64,000 nucleotides of DNA from Acidobacteriota bacterium (GTDB taxonomy: Bacteria; Acidobacteriota; Blastocatellia; Pyrinomonadales; Pyrinomonadaceae): positions 3,536 through 67,535 of the forward strand of contig JADKEF010000002.1 in assembly GCA_016718135.1 (NCBI GenBank), read 5' to 3'. Each line of letters opens with the position of its first letter. Position 1 is the first letter of the stretch. A program made the translations under genes and the position numbers. The notes below the pieces were generated by a model. It ran no database searches. It was given only the letters and a program-made list of their open reading frames with translations, and was not told where the DNA came from. Shown in pieces: positions 9,959 through 18,967 of the stretch.

Positions 9959-11653
9959 TTAAGGATTCTTTGTTCCTGAGAATTGTACCGGCCCCTGCGG
10001 CGAATCTACCGTTCCGCTGACCTGATTTCCGCTGACGGTCGCCGTAACGCTAATGTCGATCGACGCCCCGCCGAACTGCACCGAGGTCGTGAAGCTGAAC
10101 CCATTTGCGGTTGCCCGGCCATTGGTGATCTGCGAACTTCCCAGCTGCGAAACCATCGTGCCGGTCATCGTTGTTCCAGCCTGCGCTAGGTTCAGAGTCG
10201 CCTGGATCGGCTGTCCGGGCACGTCGATCGTGATGGTGTACGTGCCGCCCATCGATGGGCCAGCAGGTGTTGGCGGGGTCGCTCCCGGGCCGCCGCCTTG
10301 TCCGCCGGGACCGCGTCCGCCGGCAGGCCGTACTGGTTCTTTCTGCTCGAAATGGCGTCCATCCACAAAGACATGAGAGGCAAACTTGTCGCGGCCAAAA
10401 AGGTCGCCTTTGATGACTACTAGGTTAGCGACCTTGCCAGCCTCGATCGATCCGAGAGTCTTATCAACCCCGAGGATTTCCGCCGCACCGAGCGTCATCG
10501 CCCGGATCGCCGCGTCGCGCGAGAGGCCGTTTTCGATGGCTTTACCGGCATTTGCGAAATAGTCTGTCATCGCCGTTGCTCCGCCGGATTGAAAGGCGAA
10601 TTTGACTCCTGCGGCCGAAAGCTTCGCAGCTCCCTTAGGCACCTCAGCCCTTGATCTAAGCACCGCGAGAGGTTCCGGATCCGCATCCGGTGACGAAGCC
10701 GTGAGACGTTTCGGGAAATTGAGCGAAAGCAGCACGGGTACGCTTTGTGCTTTCAAACGATCAGCGACTCTACCTGCTTCGAGGCCTCCCGCGATTATGC
10801 CGTTAAGGTTATATTCCTTCATGAAATCGAGAGCACGAATGATCTCGATCTCGCTGTTCGCGCTGAAAACGACGGGCATTTGTCGATTGAGAGCAGGGAA
10901 AAGTGCTTCGAGCGATTTGTCGGCACCTGGACGCTGCATTCCTTTTGGATCGGCAGCATACGCACGCTGATTTTCTTGCAAACGTCGAGCGTCGTTGAAG
11001 ATCTGCCGAAGAGCGGAAAACGTTCCGAGCAACGAACCCGGATAACCGCCTCCGCCGAGGGTTACGAAGGAAATGTGTTGAGCGAACGGCGATCTGATCA
11101 CAAGCGACGAAACTGAGTCGCCAGCAAGATTGATCACCGCTGATTGCCCGCTAAAGATGCCGGTTCGGCCGGTCGAAAGGGCGGACGTAAATCCCGCATT
11201 ACGGCTCGCCTCGAACTGTGCGTCGCCACCCCGGAGAACTTCTTCGATCATAAGCTCCGGCCGCAGGCCCGCCGGGTAATTTGAATTCGACGAAGGCTGT
11301 GCCGCCGCCGCTGCCGCCGCTGCTGCAGCCTGGCCACCGCCGCCTCCACCACCGGGGCCGCCGCCAGGTCCCGCTTGTGGTGCAACGATTCCAAGATTGG
11401 TCACCGTATCGATGAAGCCGGGATAGACAGTCGCCCCACCGGCATCAAGCACAGTAGCATCCGCCGGAGTTCTGATATTGGCCCCGACCGCGAAGATCAG
11501 CCCGTTCCGCACTATAACCGTACCTTTCTCAATGGTTGTTCCCGAGACGGTCACGATCTTTGCGTTCGTGATCGCGTAGCTCTGAGCATTCGCCGACGCA
11601 GAGATAGACAGGCAGATAGCCGCAACGAGCGGCAAAAATAGCTTTGATCTCAT
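9959..11653 (-). CDS. secreted amidohydrolase-family protein with Gly/Ala-rich inserts and an extra C-terminal beta domain
   Basis: About 564 aa from the ATG at 11653, with a signal peptide. Insert GPGGGPGGGGGGGQAAAAAAAAAAQ, linker GGRGPGGQGGGPGATPPTPAGP, then a domain of about 100 aa. Confidence 0.8.
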   Translation of the reverse strand: MRSKLFLPLVAAICLSISASANAQSYAITNAKIVTVSGTTIEKGTVIVRNGLIFAVGANIRTPADATVLDAGGATVYPGFIDTVTNLGIVAPQAGPGGGPGGGGGGGQAAAAAAAAAAQPSSNSNYPAGLRPELMIEEVLRGGDAQFEASRNAGFTSALSTGRTGIFSGQSAVINLAGDSVSSLVIRSPFAQHISFVTLGGGGYPGSLLGTFSALRQIFNDARRLQENQRAYAADPKGMQRPGADKSLEALFPALNRQMPVVFSANSEIEIIRALDFMKEYNLNGIIAGGLEAGRVADRLKAQSVPVLLSLNFPKRLTASSPDADPEPLAVLRSRAEVPKGAAKLSAAGVKFAFQSGGATAMTDYFANAGKAIENGLSRDAAIRAMTLGAAEILGVDKTLGSIEAGKVANLVVIKGDLFGRDKFASHVFVDGRHFEQKEPVRPAGGRGPGGQGGGPGATPPTPAGPSMGGTYTITIDVPGQPIQATLNLAQAGTTMTGTMVSQLGSSQITNGRATANGFSFTTSVQFGGASIDISVTATVSGNQVSGTVDSPQGPVQFSGTKNP

Positions 11654-11706
11654 ATCTTTTAGGTTCAAATTGAAACTGCTTTGAATTTGTTGATACGAAG
11701 AGGATA

Positions 11707-11745
11707 CAAAAAAAGTTTCGCGGGTGCAAAGGCCGCCGCGAAACT
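11707..11745 (-). terminator. rho-independent terminator downstream of ada
   Basis: 10-bp stem AGTTTCGCGG/CCGCGAAACT followed on the minus strand by a T7 run. Confidence 0.6.
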
Positions 11746-11796
11746 ATTGTTTTACTATTGGAGCCCGTATTTTAGGTGTTCTGAGCATCCATGACA

Positions 11797-12834
11797 CTAT
11801 GTCGCTTTCTCGTTCTGAAGCAACCGCCTTTTTCGCTCAACTCCCCAACGATAACCACTTAGCTTTCCGTCGCTCGCAACAACGCGGTGACACGGAATGA
11901 CAACCGCCACTCGATTTTTTGCACAAGCCTGCGCTACTGCGCGAACCTTTTTCTTATCACCGATCGCCTCCGCGACTTCTGTATAAGACCGCGTCTCGCC
12001 GTAGGGTATTTGCCGCAGAAAATCCCAGACCTGAAGCTGAAACGCCGTCGCTTGTAAGTCGAGCGGCAACACGAGACGGGTATTCTTACCTGCGAGATAT
12101 TTGTTGATCGCATCAACAGCATTTTTTAAGCCATCTGCGTCGTCAGCGATCTCTGCGTTTGGAAATTCCTTGTCGAGTGCCGTTCGCATGGCATCGACGT
12201 CATCGCCAAAAGTAACGCTACACACTCCGCGCTTTGTGCGAGCAACGAGTAGATTTCCAAGTTCGCAATCGGTGACTACATAATTTATTTTCATGCCCAT
12301 TCCGCCTTTCCTATAAATTGCCGGCGTCATTCCTAAATTCTCCGCCGCCTTTTCGTACAAGCGGCTACTCGAACCGTAACCTGATTCATACATCGCAGTT
12401 ACCACATCACTGCCACCCCGTAATTCGTCTTTAAATCTTTCCACTCTCTTCAACTCGGCATACTTTTTCGGGCTTACGCCCACAATCAGTTTGAATGTTC
12501 GCTGTAGGTACGACGCACTCAGTTTAAGTTGCTGACCTAGTTCGTCGAGCGATATCTCTGTGTCCCCAGCGATGATTTCGAGCGCCCGCATCACCAATTC
12601 GATCTGGGGATCAACTCGTTTGGACTGTTTCGGCTGGCATCGCAAACACGGACGGAAACCACTGTATTCCGCCCGTTCTATTCCATCAAAGAACTCGACG
12701 TTCTCACGCTTGGCAGGTTTCGACGAGCATGACGGGCGGCAGAAAATGCCGGTCGTTTTCACACCAAATACAAAGGCCCCGTCAAACCTAGCATCCTTCG
12801 CCTGTACTGCTCTCCAATACACTTCCGTTTCCAT
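11797..12834 (-). CDS. ada: bifunctional Ada: methylphosphotriester methyltransferase / AraC-type regulator / O6-methylguanine-DNA methyltransferase
   Basis: N-terminal Cys4 zinc site (FCRPSCSS...CLRC), a central AraC HTH, and the C-terminal PCHRV active site. Confidence 0.85.
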   Translation of the reverse strand: METEVYWRAVQAKDARFDGAFVFGVKTTGIFCRPSCSSKPAKRENVEFFDGIERAEYSGFRPCLRCQPKQSKRVDPQIELVMRALEIIAGDTEISLDELGQQLKLSASYLQRTFKLIVGVSPKKYAELKRVERFKDELRGGSDVVTAMYESGYGSSSRLYEKAAENLGMTPAIYRKGGMGMKINYVVTDCELGNLLVARTKRGVCSVTFGDDVDAMRTALDKEFPNAEIADDADGLKNAVDAINKYLAGKNTRLVLPLDLQATAFQLQVWDFLRQIPYGETRSYTEVAEAIGDKKKVRAVAQACAKNRVAVVIPCHRVVASDGKLSGYRWGVERKRRLLQNEKAT

Positions 12835-12896
12835 GTTTCTGAGTTTATTCGCTTACCCAACTGAAATCTATCCGCTTCTTGCTCTATAATTTTGAC

Positions 12897-13289
12897 ATGA
12901 GTTCGATCGTACTTTTTGACGGCGTCTGCAATTTTTGCAATGGTGCTGTCAATTTCATCATCAGCCACGATCCGGACAAGAAGTTCCGATTCGCACCGCT
13001 GCAATCGGAGATCGGGCTGGAGCTACAAGCGACGCATGGCCTTGGTGACGATATCGATTCAATAGTTTTGGTCAAAGATGGCAAGGCCTATACTCATTCA
13101 ACGGCGGGCCTGCGAGTCGCTCGAACGATGGGCGGAATATGGTCGCTCGCATACGTGTTTATAATCGTACCGGCACCGATACGAGATTTCTTTTACAGTA
13201 CGTTCGCTAAGAATCGTTATCGATTGTTCGGCCGCCAGGACGCCTGTATGCTGCCGACTCCGGACGTCCGCGAAAGATTCTTGACCTAA
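12897..13289 (+). CDS. thiol-disulfide oxidoreductase DCC family (DUF393)
   Basis: VLFDGVCNFCNGAVNFI motif near the N-terminus. Confidence 0.8.
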   Translation: MSSIVLFDGVCNFCNGAVNFIISHDPDKKFRFAPLQSEIGLELQATHGLGDDIDSIVLVKDGKAYTHSTAGLRVARTMGGIWSLAYVFIIVPAPIRDFFYSTFAKNRYRLFGRQDACMLPTPDVRERFLT

Positions 13290-13318
13290 CTTATTCAACT
13301 TACAAGGGGAACAAAAAA

Positions 13319-13597
13319 ATGAAAGCAACATGGAATGACGCCGTATTGGCGGAAAGCAATAACACGATAGTGGTCGAGGGGAATCAGTACTTCCCTGCCG
13401 ATTCGATAAATGGCTCGTATTTTAAGCCGTCAGAAACGCACACTGTCTGCGGGTGGAAGGGCACGGCGAGCTATTACGATGTGGTCGTAGATGGAGAAAC
13501 GAATAAAGACGCGGCTTGGTTTTACCCGGAAACAAAGCCGAATGCTAAAAACATTGAGGGTTATGTCGCGTTTTGGAAAGGCGTAGAGGTCAAGTGA
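13319..13597 (+). CDS. DUF427 domain protein
   Basis: 92 aa. N..LAES......EGN.YFP.........S...T.C.WKG.ASYY.V......N.D.AW.Y is the DUF427 pattern. Confidence 0.8.
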   Translation: MKATWNDAVLAESNNTIVVEGNQYFPADSINGSYFKPSETHTVCGWKGTASYYDVVVDGETNKDAAWFYPETKPNAKNIEGYVAFWKGVEVK

Positions 13598-13602
13598 TAG
13601 CC

Positions 13603-13797
13603 ATGGTCACTTGGGAACAAGGACTTTCGGGTGGAGTTGGGTTGGTTGTGATTATTTTCAACAAACAGATTGCAACCATGCTTTTGTGGTGGGAAGAAAA
13701 AATCATTAAATTAGCCGATCCAATAAATCCTTGGGTTTACCGCATAACGGCAATAGTCGTTGGAACGCTGTTTTTATCGATTGCTGTCTTGAAATGA
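13603..13797 (+). CDS. small two-TM membrane protein (hypothetical)
   Basis: 64 aa with two hydrophobic helices. Its stop overlaps the mutS2 start in an ATGA junction at 13794-13797. Confidence 0.45.
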   Translation: MVTWEQGLSGGVGLVVIIFNKQIATMLLWWEEKIIKLADPINPWVYRITAIVVGTLFLSIAVLK

Positions 13798-16241
13798 GCT
13801 TCTCGTTAGACATTCTTGAATACTCCAAGCTCCTCGAGCTTGTCAGCCGCCACGCCCAGACACCTATGGGTGTGGGGCGATTTGCCGATCTGCGTCCGAC
13901 CGAAAGTCGCATCAAACTTCATAACGCCCTTACCGCGATCTCGGAGACGATCTCGATCAACGAAGAAAAGCAGATCTCCTGGTCCTTCAGCGGCCTCGAA
14001 GATCCGTCCGACGCGGTCGCGATCCTCAAGATCCAAAACGCAGCTCTCGAACCGAATCTGATGCTTGAGATTGCTCGAGTTTGCACTCAAGCATTGTTCG
14101 CCCGCTCGTCCATCCAACCAGAAAAAGAGGCGGCTCCAACTCTCTGGCAGATCGTCGAACACATTCCGCCGACTCTGCTAGCAGTGATCGATCAGATAAA
14201 CAAAAAGCTCTTGCCCGGGGGCGAGATCGACGATTCGGCTTCGCCAGAACTCGCGAAATTACGTCGCGAGATCAACGCCCAAAAAGGAAGGCTCACGAAA
14301 TCGCTCGAATCTGCAATGCGTGCCGCGGGAAACGCCATCCAGGACGAGATCGTGACCGTGCGAAATGACCGCTTCGTGATTCCCGTAAAAACCGACTTTC
14401 GCGGCAAGGTCATCGGCGTCGCCCACGGCTTCTCATCCAGTGGTTCAACTGTCTTCGTCGAACCGCTCGAAGCCATCGAAGCCAACAACGAACTCCAAAA
14501 CCTAAAAGGCAAAGAAGAACGCGAGATCGCAAGGATTCTGTTTGCTTTGACCGAATCATTACGAGAACAGCTGCCGGCCGTCGAAGCGGCTGTGGATGCA
14601 GTAGCCGAACTCGATTTCATTAAAGCAAAAGTAGAATTCGCTCGTAAATTCAAAGCAGTAGTCCCCGAGATAGCAGACGACGAAACCCTCTACCTTACCG
14701 ACGCCCGCCACCCGCTTCTCGAAGAGAATTTGAAAGTATTAGCGGCTAGCCGCCAGCAGCTAGCCGCTAGCAATAGTTCGTCCGAGATCGTCCCGAGCAC
14801 GTTCGGACTGAGCCGTGAACACGCCATCATGATCATCTCCGGTGCGAACGCCGGTGGTAAAACAGTCGTGCTGAAAACCGCTGGTTTGCTAAGTCTAATG
14901 GCTATCTCCGGTCTTCCCGTTCCGGCGACTGCGGCGAGGATCCCGTTCTATCGCTCGATCTTGGCCGATATAGGAGACCATCAGTCCCTGAGTGCAAATC
15001 TCTCGACATTCTCCTCGCACATGTCGAACATCGCGGGTATGATCCGCGAATGTCAGCCGCCGTCGCTCGTCCTGCTCGACGAGGCCGGCACCGGAACGGA
15101 CCCCGAAGAAGGCTCGGCTCTGGGCGTTGCGATCGTCGATCATTTCCGCTCGAAAGGTGCCCAGGTGATCGCGTCCACACACTATCGCGGCCTAAAGATG
15201 TACGCCGCAAATGATGAGAGCATCATCAACGCCTCCGTCGAGTTCGACGATAAGACACTGCAACCAACCTACAAACTTCTCCTCGGCCTGGCCGGAGCAT
15301 CATCAGGCATCGAGATCGCCCGCCGTTTTGGGATCGAGCAATCGGTTATCGACTCGGCCCGGGAGAACCTAGATATTTCTGCGCAAGAAGCCGAAGACTA
15401 TCTCAAAAAGCTTCAAACCGAAACCAAGATCGCTACTGATCTTCGCATCGCCCTCGAAGAAGAACGCGAGGCGGTTGCCCTAAAATACGGCTCGCTCGAA
15501 GTAGAGGCGGTCAAGAAAGAAAAGGCCCGGAAGAAAGAATTCGAAAGCGAACTCGCAAACGCCATCGACGAATTCGACCGTCAATCAAAAGCCTTCCTCC
15601 AAACCCTCGAGGACAAAGCCCTAAAGAACAAGCTCGAAAAGGAACGGCAATCGCGAAAAGCCGAGCTCAACCGAGCGGTGATCGCGAAGGTGGCGGAAGC
15701 AGGAAGCCCGAGACGCCGCATGCCAGAACGGGGAGCGATACCGACCGGGTCGCCATTTACCACCGCACAAGGCGAAACCATCCTCGCCATCGGCAGCAAA
15801 GTCATCACATCCTTCGGCAATATCGGCACGATCGAACGACTGGATAAAGAAGTAGCCGAGGTGCTCGTCGGCGGAATGCGTCTCCGAGAAAAGATCGTCA
15901 ATCTCCAACTCGCCGAGCAACCGGTTGCAGAAGCTCGCACGACAGTAAGGGAATCCTCGACCAGCGGACTATCTCGGAATATTGACGGCTACGACATCCC
16001 GGCCGAACTGAACCTCATCGGCAAGACCACCGCCGACGCCGAATACGAGATCGACCGCTTCCTCGACGAAGCCTATATGTCGTCGCTTCCTCGGGTACGA
16101 ATCATCCATGGATTTGGAACAGGTGCTCTTAAGAACTACGTTCATCACTTCCTAAGAGGCCTTGCCCACGTAGCCAAATACGGTTTCGCCCCGTCGGACC
16201 AAGGCGGAAACGGGGCGACCATTGCTGAACTGAAGGGGTAG
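13794..16241 (+). CDS. mutS2: endonuclease MutS2 (MutS-like ATPase with C-terminal Smr domain)
   Basis: Walker A ISGANAGGKTVVLKT, a coiled-coil middle region, and a C-terminal Smr domain (LNLIGKT..A......FLD.A......VRIIHGFGTGALK). Confidence 0.9.
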   Translation: MSFSLDILEYSKLLELVSRHAQTPMGVGRFADLRPTESRIKLHNALTAISETISINEEKQISWSFSGLEDPSDAVAILKIQNAALEPNLMLEIARVCTQALFARSSIQPEKEAAPTLWQIVEHIPPTLLAVIDQINKKLLPGGEIDDSASPELAKLRREINAQKGRLTKSLESAMRAAGNAIQDEIVTVRNDRFVIPVKTDFRGKVIGVAHGFSSSGSTVFVEPLEAIEANNELQNLKGKEEREIARILFALTESLREQLPAVEAAVDAVAELDFIKAKVEFARKFKAVVPEIADDETLYLTDARHPLLEENLKVLAASRQQLAASNSSSEIVPSTFGLSREHAIMIISGANAGGKTVVLKTAGLLSLMAISGLPVPATAARIPFYRSILADIGDHQSLSANLSTFSSHMSNIAGMIRECQPPSLVLLDEAGTGTDPEEGSALGVAIVDHFRSKGAQVIASTHYRGLKMYAANDESIINASVEFDDKTLQPTYKLLLGLAGASSGIEIARRFGIEQSVIDSARENLDISAQEAEDYLKKLQTETKIATDLRIALEEEREAVALKYGSLEVEAVKKEKARKKEFESELANAIDEFDRQSKAFLQTLEDKALKNKLEKERQSRKAELNRAVIAKVAEAGSPRRRMPERGAIPTGSPFTTAQGETILAIGSKVITSFGNIGTIERLDKEVAEVLVGGMRLREKIVNLQLAEQPVAEARTTVRESSTSGLSRNIDGYDIPAELNLIGKTTADAEYEIDRFLDEAYMSSLPRVRIIHGFGTGALKNYVHHFLRGLAHVAKYGFAPSDQGGNGATIAELKG

Positions 16242-16244
16242 AAT

Positions 16245-17174
16245 TTACGCGCCGAGAGCGGCGAGTCCCGCCGGGGCTGCAATATCGTCGAAACTAAAGG
16301 TGCCAACCGGAAGGTTTAGGCCGATGTCGTCGCTCGACATAACCCGTACCGTTCGCCCAAGGGCTTCAGATGCAATAGTCTGGACTTTTGCGGGGATGAG
16401 GCTCCTTCCAATTACGAGCAGGCGTTCTAGCAGATCGTTGCCCGTGACACCGCCAAATCGGTCGTTGTAAAACATCACAAGCCGATAGATCTCATCATCG
16501 ACCTCATTGGGCCGACAAGTGACCGAGCGGACAACCGCAGGCTCGCTACCGCGAAGCAAGAGAGCCGTGAATCCGTCATCATTACCGCTGATCAAAAGCG
16601 AGTCGCCTTTCTCCGCAGCATTCATAAGCCAATTTGCCTCGCCAACGGCTCGAGGTAGGATCAGCCCCGCTTTCCAACCGAAGGATTCGAAATGCGTCTC
16701 GTATTCGTCAATTACGGCGAGCTTTACTGCAGTCGCGAAATAGCGTGCCCGGCCCTCGCGATCGGGTGAGATCTTTTGTTTAGCGATACGAAGATGAGCG
16801 GCCGGAGCTCCAAAGCTCTGTTCAGCCTTCCAATCCAAGACCTCCTCGGTCTCAGCTCGCGATGTCGGGACCGAATCTAAAGTGAGGATCGTAGTCCGAG
16901 CGGTATTGCTCGGCAAGGCGATCGACCAACGCTTTTGCCCCATTAGCCCAGCGATCTCAGCCACTTCGCGTAGTGTCGCGGCGAATTCAGCATGATTGAC
17001 AATGTTTGTTTCGACAAAATTCGGCGTCAGAACGCCCGGAGCAAGCTCGACCGTCGCCGCCTGTTTGACCGAGTATTGTCGGCGTCCGCCCGAGATCGCG
17101 ACGGCAGAAATACTGCCCGCCTCGATGCCAAGGGCGGCGTTGGGATAATTTGGCTGGGTGATCGATGAGAACAT
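16245..17174 (-). CDS. PilM/GspL-like actin-fold pilus/secretion assembly protein
   Basis: 309 aa. LGIEAGSISAVAIS...Y.V......L.PGV then ALPS...R..IL.L...P.S..E......W.AE resembles the PilM N-terminal half. Last gene of the pseudopilin cluster. Confidence 0.55.
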   Translation of the reverse strand: MFSSITQPNYPNAALGIEAGSISAVAISGGRRQYSVKQAATVELAPGVLTPNFVETNIVNHAEFAATLREVAEIAGLMGQKRWSIALPSNTARTTILTLDSVPTSRAETEEVLDWKAEQSFGAPAAHLRIAKQKISPDREGRARYFATAVKLAVIDEYETHFESFGWKAGLILPRAVGEANWLMNAAEKGDSLLISGNDDGFTALLLRGSEPAVVRSVTCRPNEVDDEIYRLVMFYNDRFGGVTGNDLLERLLVIGRSLIPAKVQTIASEALGRTVRVMSSDDIGLNLPVGTFSFDDIAAPAGLAALGA

Positions 17175-17175
17175 A

Positions 17176-17622
17176 TTAATACTCGCTGAAAGCCGTGCCG
17201 TTACTATCTTCCCCTTCGGCTAGGCTTTTGACGTCAACGAGGCCCGATTCACCGTCGGCTGAGTTAGAGTCTTCGCCCTGTATCTCGTTCCATTCGGCTT
17301 TTTCTAGGATCGGATCGATCGGTTTCTCACGAAGATACTTTTCGGTCACAAGATCCTCTACCGACTGCGGTAGTTTACCCTTGTCCGCTCGGAACTGGTC
17401 GATCGAGCGTCTGATCTGAAATAGGTTCTCCTTGAGTACGATCTCACGAGCCTGACGAACGCTTCGCTCATAGGTGGGCACAGCGATTGAGAGCAATATG
17501 ATCATGATAAACATAGCGATCATCAGCTCAAGCAGAGAGAATCCCCTCTGTCGCGTCTTAATCACTGACGACGGACCACTGACCACTGACAACTGTTTAC
17601 CAATCACTATACTTCTCACCAT
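17176..17622 (-). CDS. GspG-like pseudopilin (prepilin-type N-terminal cleavage/methylation domain)
   Basis: RQRG|FSLLELMIAMFIMIILLSIAVP prepilin signal, then a GspG-like ..L..IR.SID.F..D.G..P.S...LV...YL...P.DP. The exact start is uncertain because the leader is encoded by CCACTGA heptamer repeats. Confidence 0.75.
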   Translation of the reverse strand: MVRSIVIGKQLSVVSGPSSVIKTRQRGFSLLELMIAMFIMIILLSIAVPTYERSVRQAREIVLKENLFQIRRSIDQFRADKGKLPQSVEDLVTEKYLREKPIDPILEKAEWNEIQGEDSNSADGESGLVDVKSLAEGEDSNGTAFSEY

Positions 17623-18241
17623 TTAATGCTTCTTCATCCGACGTCGAACGAACGTCAAATACATTTACGTCGTCCCAATTTTCTGAGTCGGCCGGTTGAT
17701 AGGATGACCTAATTCTCCACTCCGCTTCGCCGGTTATCGGATCCTTAGGAATTTCACGGAGATAGACTTTTATTATCTCCTTTTCCTCATTGATCTCCGT
17801 GGCTTGCAGTTCCCCGTCACGAATGCCACTTCCAGCCCGGATGTTCGGGCCCCGAGCCTTGACCTTCACTCCGTCCACCAACTGTTGGAGTGACGGTGGA
17901 TACCGATCGAGATTCTCCGAATCGAATATCTTGCAGTCATCGATCACCACGCGGCTCCTTGGGTCTGCAGGAGCGTTCGCTCCGCCTCCAGGAATAGTAG
18001 GATTTGAGGTATTTACGGCTCCTTGTGGACAGGCACCGTACGTATCCCGTTTGAACTCATCGATAGCCGATCGCATCTGCCTTAAGGCGTCTCGCAGACG
18101 CTGCTCTTTCTGGCGTTTGATCCCATTCTGAGCTAGCGGGATCGTCCCCATAACCAGGACTGCGAGCACGCCGAGCGTGGCGACGAGTTCGAGCAGGCTG
18201 TAGCCACTCTCGCCTTTTCTGATGTTAAAGCTAAGCTTCAT
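17597..18241 (-). CDS. GspG-like pseudopilin, long form
   Basis: ESG|YSLLELVATLGVLAVLVMGTIPLA prepilin signal, then LR.A..QMRSAIDEFKRD, YPPSLQQLV and YLREIPKDPITG. Confidence 0.75.
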   Translation of the reverse strand: MKLSFNIRKGESGYSLLELVATLGVLAVLVMGTIPLAQNGIKRQKEQRLRDALRQMRSAIDEFKRDTYGACPQGAVNTSNPTIPGGGANAPADPRSRVVIDDCKIFDSENLDRYPPSLQQLVDGVKVKARGPNIRAGSGIRDGELQATEINEEKEIIKVYLREIPKDPITGEAEWRIRSSYQPADSENWDDVNVFDVRSTSDEEALNGEKYSDW

Positions 18242-18250
18242 TGTCCGTGC

Positions 18251-18967
18251 CTATTCGAATCTGACCACAAGATTCCTGCCGTCGCCGGCGAGGAAACTAA
18301 GCACGTTTCGGTCGAATGCAATGACCGGCTTGCCGGCTGCGAGAGCTTCGATCTCGATAAATGCCAGCGTTCCACCCGCAACGACCTCAAGGCCGTCCTT
18401 GGTCAATAACGAAACGTACATCTTGCCATTCTGATTGAGGAAAGGCGTCGCCGCACCGTTTGCCGCGGTCGTTCCGAAGGCATCGCCAAAGGCAACACTT
18501 CGGACCGCAACCTTCGTTGAGTCAAAATTGAGCCCAATCACCGCTGACTGGAACTTGCCATTTCCTCTGACAAGCACAGGGATCTTGACCTTTTCGCCGG
18601 CTTTCATCTCTGGGAGTTCTGATCCAAACGCAAGTTCGACCGAACCAACCGACGGCTTCTCGGTCGCCCTCTCCGGTTCCGTCGCCTTAACCTCTACCGT
18701 CTCAGCAGGTTTGACGATGTCGGACGTCTGATTCAGTTGGAGTGTCTTGACAGTGCTATCGATCGGTTTGAGAATCGATGGCTGCACCTCAGCATTTTTC
18801 GTAACAACGGCTTCCGCTACCACCGCTGCACTTGGCTGAGCCGTCGTAGTAGCGTTTGCGTCGGTCTTTACAAATTCAGGGGCTTGGTCGGGAAGTCGGA
18901 CAACGGCTGTATTTCCTATGCGTCGAGCAGCGGCAAGATTCTCTTGACGCTCTTCCTCGATGATCAT
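18251..18967 (-). CDS. linker + cohesin-like beta-sandwich protein
   Basis: 238 aa with no signal peptide and a Thr/Ala/Pro/Val-rich linker. The C-terminal roughly 125 aa (VELAFGSELPEMKAGEKVKIPVLVRGNGKFQSAVIGLNFDSTKVAVRSVAFG...LAFIEIEALAAGK) follow the cohesin pattern. ATGA overlap with the secretin ORF. Confidence 0.55.
   Translation of the reverse strand: MIIEEERQENLAAARRIGNTAVVRLPDQAPEFVKTDANATTTAQPSAAVVAEAVVTKNAEVQPSILKPIDSTVKTLQLNQTSDIVKPAETVEVKATEPERATEKPSVGSVELAFGSELPEMKAGEKVKIPVLVRGNGKFQSAVIGLNFDSTKVAVRSVAFGDAFGTTAANGAATPFLNQNGKMYVSLLTKDGLEVVAGGTLAFIEIEALAAGKPVIAFDRNVLSFLAGDGRNLVVRFE

Noticed and set aside
11280-11370. GC-rich simple repeat (gccgcc/ggcggc runs) as a non-coding microsatellite
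   Set aside because: It lies in frame within the third amidohydrolase gene and encodes the poly-Gly/poly-Ala insert. It is reported as a protein feature instead.
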